IMG/VR virus record: IMGVR_UViG_3300021437_000271
Span: 1-35,862 of that record
Direction: 5' to 3' (one strand)
Length of the DNA stretch: 35,862 nucleotides
Origin: a virus
Taxonomy: Duplodnaviria > Caudoviricetes
Shown here: in pieces, positions 1 to 6,440 of the stretch
Position numbering within the stretch: position 1 is the first letter of the stretch
Layout of the letters: the number at the start of each line of letters is the position of its first letter
Notes under the pieces: model-generated
Databases searched by the model: none
What the model was told of the DNA's origin: nothing
What the model saw: only the letters and a program-made list of their open reading frames with translations
Made by a program: the position numbers and the translations under genes

Positions 1-48
1 GCCACGTACGCCGCCACGGACACCGCCACGTACGCCGCCACGGATGCA
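1..48 (+). repeat. 12-bp coding tandem repeat GCCACGnnn(A/G)CC, 4 units (A-T-x-A/T)
   Basis: Directly visible; same unit as 35662-35862. Confidence 0.95.
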
Positions 49-849
49 GAAATGTTTTCCCGTCTTGCTTTGGAAATCAGCCGCGAGTTCGGCGTCAGAG
101 ATCGCCTGATGCTGCGGTGCGCCGCGAACTGGTGGCCGATGTACCAGGGCGGCAACATGTGGAGCGCATGGGATTGCTACCTGTCGGCGTTCCGCGATGT
201 GCTCGGCTTGGTGCTGCCAGAGCACGAAAAGTACCGGGCATGGGAGGCATGCGCCGTTGAGGGCGGTTTTCGCATCGTGCATGAAGAGTTCTGCATCGTC
301 AGCGATCGCCCAGAAGTGCTGACTGTTGACGATCAGCACCGCCCGCACAACGCCACCGGACCCTCGCACCGTTGGCGCGACGGATGGGAGCTGTATCACT
401 GGCACGGTTTGCGTGTTCCTAATAAGCTGGCCTACATCGTCCACTCCCCTGAGCTGATCACCGTGCAAGCGATCGAGGCGCAGACCAACAGCGAGCTGCG
501 CCGCGTAATGATCGACCGCTACGGCCCGGCACGCTACGTGGTTGACAGCGGCGCCATCGTCGTGCACGAGCTGCCGGCCGACCACGTTATGCAAGGACTG
601 CGCACCGCGCGCTTGCTGCGCAAGGATGTGCCGGGTGACGAACCAATTGTCTACGTCGATCTGCTCAACAGCACACCCGAACCGGATGGAACGACGAAGC
701 GCTACATGCTACGCGTGGACCCGGCAGCCTACGGCGGCGAGGCCGCACGCAACGCCCACGCCGCAGCGGCGAGCACTTGGCGCGACAGCCTGACCGGCGC
801 GCTCACATATCGCAACTGGCGCGATTACGCACCGGTCGCCGAGAGCTGA
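1..849 (+). CDS. C-terminal part of DUF6745-like protein (continues from 35374-35862 across the window ends)
   Basis: Frame 1 is open from base 1 (ATYAATDTATYAATDAEMFSR...). Motifs SDRP...HNATGP...W.DGW.LY.WHG, N.E.RRVMI.RYG and NSTPEPDGT.K.Y.LRV are typical of DUF6745-containing phage proteins. Confidence 0.7.
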   Translation, partial: ATYAATDTATYAATDAEMFSRLALEISREFGVRDRLMLRCAANWWPMYQGGNMWSAWDCYLSAFRDVLGLVLPEHEKYRAWEACAVEGGFRIVHEEFCIVSDRPEVLTVDDQHRPHNATGPSHRWRDGWELYHWHGLRVPNKLAYIVHSPELITVQAIEAQTNSELRRVMIDRYGPARYVVDSGAIVVHELPADHVMQGLRTARLLRKDVPGDEPIVYVDLLNSTPEPDGTTKRYMLRVDPAAYGGEAARNAHAAAASTWRDSLTGALTYRNWRDYAPVAES

Positions 850-855
850 GCAGCC

Positions 856-1167
856 ATGGCCGCCATCGAATTCAAGCTGCCACGCCTTCCTGGCCTAGTG
901 GTGCGCGCCGACTACGAGCCAGACGATGAGCAAGAGTCAGTTCGCCTAGCCGCTGATGTCCGCTGGACGCTGGGCGAATGGTCTGTGCACTGCGGGGCAG
1001 AGGATGTCAGCGACCTCTTCGACTCCGACGGCAACGGAGAGCCAACGGCATCGCTCATGGATCTGATCGACGCCGAGGTCACGCGTGACATCGAGCTGAG
1101 CATGCGGCTTTCCGTCGATGACGAGCAAGAGGCTGATTCCTGGATGTACTCACTGAGGGCCGCGTGA
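856..1167 (+). CDS. hypothetical acidic phage protein
   Basis: 103-aa ORF packed between neighbours; stop overlaps the next start (GTGA). Confidence 0.6.
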   Translation: MAAIEFKLPRLPGLVVRADYEPDDEQESVRLAADVRWTLGEWSVHCGAEDVSDLFDSDGNGEPTASLMDLIDAEVTRDIELSMRLSVDDEQEADSWMYSLRAA

Positions 1168-1403
1168 TGGAAAGCATTTCAAAATTCCTAGTTGATGCCA
1201 TCCGCGCATCTGCACGGATCGATGAGATCGGCGGCGAGCTGATCGAGCTGGCTGCTGCGCACATGTCGCCAGTCGAGTCCGTCAAGGTCCGCCTGGCTGT
1301 CTTCGAGATCCGCGCCGTCCTGGCGCATGCGCACACCGACTGCCCGCTGGGTCGCTTGAACGTAATCGAAGAGCGGCTCATTGCCGCACAGGAGCAATCA
1401 TGA
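1164..1403 (+). CDS. hypothetical phage protein
   Basis: 79-aa ORF with 4-bp overlaps at both ends (translational coupling). Confidence 0.6.
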   Translation: MMESISKFLVDAIRASARIDEIGGELIELAAAHMSPVESVKVRLAVFEIRAVLAHAHTDCPLGRLNVIEERLIAAQEQS

Positions 1404-1912
1404 GCATCGAACGAATCAGCCTGTCAGCTGCCGCTGCAGCCATTGTCGCCGCGCGCCGCAGCGCCGCAGATAACGCTCGCGCCCGCCGTGTCGGGCTACC
1501 CCAGTACAGCGGCGAGCTCGACAGCAAGATCCGCGACGCTGAGAGCAGTGCCCGCGCTGCTCGCATCACCGAGCGCCTGTCTGAGCTGCAAGAGAGCCGC
1601 CGCATGGGCGGCCACCAGTGCGCCGGCAGCTGCGACCAAGGCCGCCAGCCGTGCGAACACCGACCGCGTGCCGTGCAGCTGCACCGCGTGACGGTGATTG
1701 ATTTCGCGCCCACCGAGCCCATGGGCTATGAGGCAGGCGACCGCATCGAACTGGCCAACGGCCAGACACGCAGTGCGGCCGATGTCTACCGGCAGCCCAG
1801 CGTGCAGCGCGCCGAACACATCCAGCGCATCTGCGCTGCACTGATGCGCGCAGCCTACTGGATCGGCGCACCGCTGGCGCTGGCGTGTTTTTACGCGCTG
1901 GCGCGCAACTGA
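1400..1912 (+). CDS. hypothetical protein with Cys motif (C.G.C.QGR.PC) and C-terminal transmembrane helix
   Basis: RBS CAGGAG, ATGA overlap, hydrophobic C-terminus AAYWIGAPLALACFYAL. Confidence 0.65.
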   Translation: MSIERISLSAAAAAIVAARRSAADNARARRVGLPQYSGELDSKIRDAESSARAARITERLSELQESRRMGGHQCAGSCDQGRQPCEHRPRAVQLHRVTVIDFAPTEPMGYEAGDRIELANGQTRSAADVYRQPSVQRAEHIQRICAALMRAAYWIGAPLALACFYALARN

Positions 1913-1918
1913 CATCAG

Positions 1919-2095
1919 CCCGATGCCGCCGCCACCGGCCAGCGCATCGGGGCGGCATCGGGGCCGGCCACCTACCGGCACAAAACGCGGCACCGAACCG
2001 CAACGAATGCGCCAGCGGCGTGGCACACGAGACGTGCAGACGATCAGCCCCGTGCGGAAGCTGTAGGGGATCGGCACCAGGTGGGAGCCCTGGTC
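1919..2095 (+). ncRNA. candidate structured leader or small RNA (several hairpins)
   Basis: Perfect 12-bp stem CCCGATGCCGCC (1919-1930) / GGCGGCATCGGG (1951-1962), plus shorter stems (GCAC..GTGC, ACCAGG..CCTGGT) in a ~200-bp intergenic gap. Confidence 0.35.
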
Positions 2096-2120
2096 CATCA
2101 ACCACAAACCCGAGGTCAAC

Positions 2121-2924
2121 ATGCACATCACTACCGTGCGGGCCAGCAGCTGGGGCTCGCTATTCGACTGCGCCCACAAATGGGAGGCAGAGCATCTGCT
2201 GGGCATGCGCAAACCGTCCGGCCTGCGCGCCCAGCTCGGCACGGCGATTCACGCCAGCACAGCGCTGTTCGACAGCAGCCGCCTGCCTGGAGCCGACCAT
2301 GTCAGCGTCGATGATGCGGCCGGCGTGTTCGTTGACACGCTGCGCAATCCTGATCGAGATGTCGATTACTCGGTGGACAGCCTGACGCTGGGTGACGCTG
2401 AAAAGATCGGCCTCGTGCTGCACTCGAAGTACTGCTTTGAGCTATCGCCGCAATTTGAGTTCAGTTCGGTCGAGATGACGCTCAAGCCGCTGGACATCGA
2501 CTGCGGCGGCGGCCAGGTGATCCGGCTCACCGGCACGATGGACCGGGCACGCGTCGCTGAGACCGAGTACGGCGCCGTTATCCCAGACGTGAAGACCGGA
2601 TCGCGTGTGATCGAGAACGGCGTCGCCAAGACCCGGGGCCGCAGCGCCCAGATCGGCGCCTACCAGCTGATGTACGAGCACAGCGAGGGCGTGCAGACAG
2701 TCGGCGGTCAGGTGCTGGCCCTGCAGACCACCAGCAAGCCTCAGGCGCTGGCCAGCGTTGTGTTCGACGCCAAGCGCGTGATGGTCGGCACCGGCGAGCA
2801 GCGCGGCTTGATCGAGTTCGCAGCCGAGATGTTCCGCACCGGCCTGTTCCCACCGAACCCCCAGTCGATGCTGTGCAGCGAGAAGTACTGCAGCCGCTGG
2901 GCCACCTGCAATTTCCATGAGTGA
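2121..2924 (+). CDS. PD-(D/E)XK RecB/Cas4-like exonuclease with 4-Cys Fe-S staple
   Basis: N-terminal Cys (LFDC), GTAIH, GTMD, DVKT, QIGAY and C-terminal CSEKYCSRWATC; lies next to a recombinase. Confidence 0.85.
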   Translation: MHITTVRASSWGSLFDCAHKWEAEHLLGMRKPSGLRAQLGTAIHASTALFDSSRLPGADHVSVDDAAGVFVDTLRNPDRDVDYSVDSLTLGDAEKIGLVLHSKYCFELSPQFEFSSVEMTLKPLDIDCGGGQVIRLTGTMDRARVAETEYGAVIPDVKTGSRVIENGVAKTRGRSAQIGAYQLMYEHSEGVQTVGGQVLALQTTSKPQALASVVFDAKRVMVGTGEQRGLIEFAAEMFRTGLFPPNPQSMLCSEKYCSRWATCNFHE

Positions 2925-4095
2925 AATCATGAATGCACCACTTTCTGTATCTGATCTGAAATCCAACGGCGGCGCTGTGGCAACGATGCCCGACCAGGCC
3001 GTCGATATGTTCACCGAGCGCGGGTTTGCGCTGGCCAACCGCATCGCCAAGGCCTACGCCAACAGCGACGCCGTACCGGCACAGTTCCGCATGCAGAACC
3101 TGAAAAAAGCTGGCGGGAACGAGACGTGGGTCGAGAACCCCGCAGCAATGGGCAACTGCATCGTGGCCATCGAAGTGGCGCGCGCTGTCGGCATGTCGAT
3201 CGCCTCGGTGATGCAAAACGCCGACATGATCGAGGGCAAGCTGCGCTGGTCCGGAAAGTTCGTGATTGCCGCAATCAATGCCTCAGGCCGCTTCACGCCG
3301 CTGCGATTCAACATGCGCCCGCTGGGCCGCATCAAGGCCAGCTACAAGGAAAAAACTGGCTGGGACAACCAGGCGCGCCGGCCAACATTCACCGAGCGCA
3401 CCGTTGAGGTTGACGACGTCGAGTGCATTGCGTGGGCGCTGCCACGCGGCTTCCAAATCCCGCCCGGAATCTACAGCCTGGACCAGGCGCGCAAGGCCGG
3501 CCTGCCGGTCATCGAATCCGCACCAGTGACGATGAAGCTGGCGGTCGAGGAAGGCTGGTATGGAAAGCCGGGGTCGAAGTGGCAGACCGGCTTGGCGCCG
3601 TTGATGTTCCAGTATCGCGCTGGCACGTTCTTCGGAAACATCCATGCTCCCGATGTCGTGATGGGCATGGGCCGCACTGCCGAGGAAGAGCGCGACATCG
3701 GCGGCACCGGCACGTTCGAGGTATTCCCGGACGGCAGCGTGCACCAGGTGCCGGTGTCGGAGCTGCGTCCGCAGGAGCAGCCCGCGCCAGTGACGGAAAT
3801 CGTTCAGCGCACAGACGCCGCCACTGGAGAAATCACCACCACCGCTGCCGTCGCCACCGCTGCCGACCCAGCGGACACCATAGCCGACCAGATCAGCCGT
3901 GCCGACAGCGCTGAGGCCGTCACGGCGCTGGACAACGACATCAGCCGAGCGTTCGAGTCAGGCGCTCTCACTGCCGATGCAGCTGACGTGCTGACCGGGA
4001 TGCTGGAGCGCCGCCACGCCGAGCTGATCGCCGCCAAGGCACAGCAGCCAGCCGCCACCGGCCGCCGCCCGCGCCCCGCCGCTAACATCGAGTAA
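2917..4095 (+). CDS. recT: RecT/Red-beta-like single-strand annealing recombinase
   Basis: S..VP.QF, GNC.VA.E.A, VMQN...I.GK..WS..F.IA.IN.SGRF, A..EGW..K.GSKW.T...LM..YRA; low-complexity acidic C-terminus; paired with the exonuclease. Confidence 0.8.
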   Translation: MSEIMNAPLSVSDLKSNGGAVATMPDQAVDMFTERGFALANRIAKAYANSDAVPAQFRMQNLKKAGGNETWVENPAAMGNCIVAIEVARAVGMSIASVMQNADMIEGKLRWSGKFVIAAINASGRFTPLRFNMRPLGRIKASYKEKTGWDNQARRPTFTERTVEVDDVECIAWALPRGFQIPPGIYSLDQARKAGLPVIESAPVTMKLAVEEGWYGKPGSKWQTGLAPLMFQYRAGTFFGNIHAPDVVMGMGRTAEEERDIGGTGTFEVFPDGSVHQVPVSELRPQEQPAPVTEIVQRTDAATGEITTTAAVATAADPADTIADQISRADSAEAVTALDNDISRAFESGALTADAADVLTGMLERRHAELIAAKAQQPAATGRRPRPAANIE

Positions 4096-4138
4096 CCCAG
4101 CGGCGTCGCCTGCGCGCCGCCATCACCAAGGAGCGAGC

Positions 4139-4840
4139 ATGAAGCTCACCCACATACGCGTCGAGAACTTCCTTGGCGCGCGCGCAGTCGATGCGCACCT
4201 CACGCGCCCCGTGAACCTGTTCGCTGGCGAGCAGGTCGAGCAGCTCAAGACCGAGCGCGAAGCCATCCGCGCCCGCCTGGACGCCGCCGCCAGCGCCAAG
4301 CGCGCTGCCGAAGCTGCACGCCAGCGCACCCAGGACGCCGCGCGGCATCACGCCGACGTGCAGGCGTGGGATGCGATCGGCGATGCGCTGTCGCCCGGCG
4401 GCATCCCGGCCGAACTACTGGCTGCCGCGCTCGGGCCGGTAAACGATGCGCTGAGAGCGCATGCCGAGGCCGCCGAGTGGGCGCAGGTCTTGATCGACCA
4501 CGACATGAACATCCTAGCGGCCCAAAACAAGAGCGGCACCGTGTGGCGCGCCTACAACCTGTTGAGCGAGTCGGAGAAGTGGCGCTGCGACGCCATGCTG
4601 GCCGCTGCCGTGGCGCAGCTGTCCGGCGTGCGCATGCTGGTGCTGGACAGATTCGACGTGCTCGACCTGCCTGGCCGGGCTGATCTGATCGCGTGGCTCG
4701 ACATCCTGGCGGCAGATGGTGATATCGACACCGCGCTGGTGTTCGGGACGCTCAAGGCGCTGCCGGCACAGCTGCCGGACACCATCGCCGCGCACTGGAT
4801 CGCTGACGGCGTGCTGGGCCAGCTGCGGGAGGCTGCCTGA
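4139..4840 (+). pseudogene. SbcC/Rad50-like ATPase with large in-frame internal deletion (Walker A and most of the coiled coil missing)
   Basis: Typical N-terminus MKLTHIRVENFLG...VNLFAG runs straight into coiled coil with no GxNGxGKS. C-terminal LSESEKWR signature and LVLDRFDVLD Walker B/D-loop are retained. Confidence 0.75.
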
Positions 4841-5067
4841 TGGGCCGCCGAGTGGAACCGGATCCCCAGTCACAGCGGGTCTGGATGATCAATCCAAATC
4901 TGAGAATGCAGACCTGGGAGACGGTTGAGCCGGTCGGCGGCGAGCTGCTCGGATTGACCGAGGCCCCCGATGACTGCTGGCTCGGACTGGCGCTGCGCCG
5001 GACCGGCATCACGGATGGACGCGACCGGTTGGTGCTGGTGGCACCGCAGATGGAGCTGTTCGCATGA
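4840..5067 (+). CDS. hypothetical protein
   Basis: 75-aa ORF coupled to the upstream stop (TGATG), RBS GGAGG; overlaps the endolysin 3' end convergently. Confidence 0.5.
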   Translation: MGRRVEPDPQSQRVWMINPNLRMQTWETVEPVGGELLGLTEAPDDCWLGLALRRTGITDGRDRLVLVAPQMELFA

Positions 5068-5494
5068 CCACATCGATCAGCGCAGCTTCGGCAGCACGGC
5101 GCGTGGCCAGCCCAGGCAGCACCCGGCCACCGCCGCGTACCCACCTCGACAACTCGACACGCACGCCAGGCCAGTCACTGCGCAGCGCTTTGCGCCTCAG
5201 CGTCGAGCCGCGCAGGCGCGTCAAACCCAGGTTGTAGGCAAAATCGGCCAGCGCAGCTTGCCGACCAGGAGTGTCGGCCATCGGTACAGCTTGCCGGGCA
5301 CCGTGCAAGAACGCGGCGGCGTCGAGCGCCATGCGCCGGTCAGCCTGCGCCTGCGTCCACGTTTCGCCGAGCCGGACATCTGGGCCAGTGCTGCCCCAGC
5401 CGATCGTCGGCACGCCGGCTGGGCAGAGGTAGGCGCGCAGGCGACATCCCTCAAAACGCCGGATCAGCTGCTCAAGGAGGGATGCCGCGCTCAT
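5009..5494 (-). CDS. endolysin, GH24 (T4-like) lysozyme
   Basis: FEGCRLRAYLCPAGVPTIGWGST (E-x8-C/D-x5-T triad), FAYNLG, W...GG..LPGL..RR.AE. Start reassigned to the ATG at 5494. Confidence 0.93.
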   Translation of the reverse strand: MSAASLLEQLIRRFEGCRLRAYLCPAGVPTIGWGSTGPDVRLGETWTQAQADRRMALDAAAFLHGARQAVPMADTPGRQAALADFAYNLGLTRLRGSTLRRKALRSDWPGVRVELSRWVRGGGRVLPGLATRRAAEAALIDVVMRTAPSAVPPAPTGRVHP

Positions 5495-5970
5495 CGGCCG
5501 TCGGTTTTGCGGATCGCGCGATCTGCGAACCAGAAGCCTAGGATGCTGCCGATCACCTGCCGGTCGAATGGCGTCATCAGCAGCGAACTGAACTCGGCCA
5601 GCGAAGCGCCGGCTTGGAACGCCACGACGATGTGCACGATCTTGGCAGCGCTGTACAGGACGATGCACCACCAGAACGCTGCGATCGGCCGAAAGCTCGC
5701 GCTGAGCGCATCAGCCCATTTCACGCCGCTCGGCTGCATCTGCCGCTTGAGGGCATCAATCAGCCCCTGCTGGTCAGCTGCATCGGCTGCGATCTGTCCT
5801 TTCACATGCGCCAGGTCAAGCTGCTGACTGGCGCGGGCCTTGTCGATCTCCAGCTGCAGCTGTGTCATGCGGTATTCGTGATCCGCGTCCTGGCGCTGCT
5901 TAAAGAAGTCCACGAGGAATGGCAGCAGTCGCATCATGCCGCCTCCGAGCAGGGTGATTATTTCGAGCAT
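5491..5970 (-). CDS. holin-like membrane protein (resembles GTA 3TM holin family)
   Basis: N-terminal hydrophobic segment, coiled coil, DALSASFRP motif, two C-terminal hydrophobic helices ending GFWFADR; next to the lysozyme. Start at 5970. Confidence 0.65.
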   Translation of the reverse strand: MLEIITLLGGGMMRLLPFLVDFFKQRQDADHEYRMTQLQLEIDKARASQQLDLAHVKGQIAADAADQQGLIDALKRQMQPSGVKWADALSASFRPIAAFWWCIVLYSAAKIVHIVVAFQAGASLAEFSSLLMTPFDRQVIGSILGFWFADRAIRKTDGR

Positions 5971-6185
5971 GGTTCTGTGTCCTTTTTTGCCCAGAGCGCA
6001 GCGCCATGTGCGGCCGCCACCACCCCGAGCGAGGTTGCAAGCTCCTGCAGGCTGATCGGCTGTCCGAACCAGAGTTGCCAGCCGGCAGCGCCAACGACAG
6101 CCAGGAAACTTCCTGCCCACGACCACCGGCCGAGATCATGAGTTTGGTTATCTGCCCCGGTGAGTATTTGACCAAATAGATTCAT
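5958..6185 (-). CDS. small 2-TM holin-like protein
   Basis: 75 aa, LTG.DN.T.DLGR, two hydrophobic helices, charged tail KKDTEP; in the lysis cluster. Confidence 0.65.
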   Translation of the reverse strand: MNLFGQILTGADNQTHDLGRWSWAGSFLAVVGAAGWQLWFGQPISLQELATSLGVVAAAHGAALWAKKDTEPCSK

Positions 6186-6439
6186 GGCTTATCCGCCTTT
6201 TCGTCAATCTTGTCTTCAATCCGGCGCAGCATCGTGAATAAGCTGTCGCTGAATTCTTTGAAATCTTCACGACGCACATAATGCGTCGGAAGTGCAACGC
6301 GAATATCTGCGACCTGGGCGGCGAACAGGAGATCTGAACGCTCCAAATCTTTTAGGCGGTCGAATATGCCTTTGATCAGCCAACCTCCCAAAAATGCAAT
6401 TACTGACATGGCGATGTTAAATAATAGCATCAGATCCAT
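6182..6439 (-). CDS. membrane-anchored coiled-coil lysis-cluster protein
   Basis: MDLMLLFNIAMSVIAFLGGWLI TM helix followed by YVRREDF...L.RIEDKID. Start reassigned to 6439. Confidence 0.7.
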   Translation of the reverse strand: MDLMLLFNIAMSVIAFLGGWLIKGIFDRLKDLERSDLLFAAQVADIRVALPTHYVRREDFKEFSDSLFTMLRRIEDKIDEKADKP

Positions 6440-6440
6440 A

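Noticed and set aside
2121-2924. Cas4 as part of a CRISPR system
   Set aside because: It is a solo Cas4/RecB-like nuclease paired with a RecT-like gene, the standard phage recombination module.
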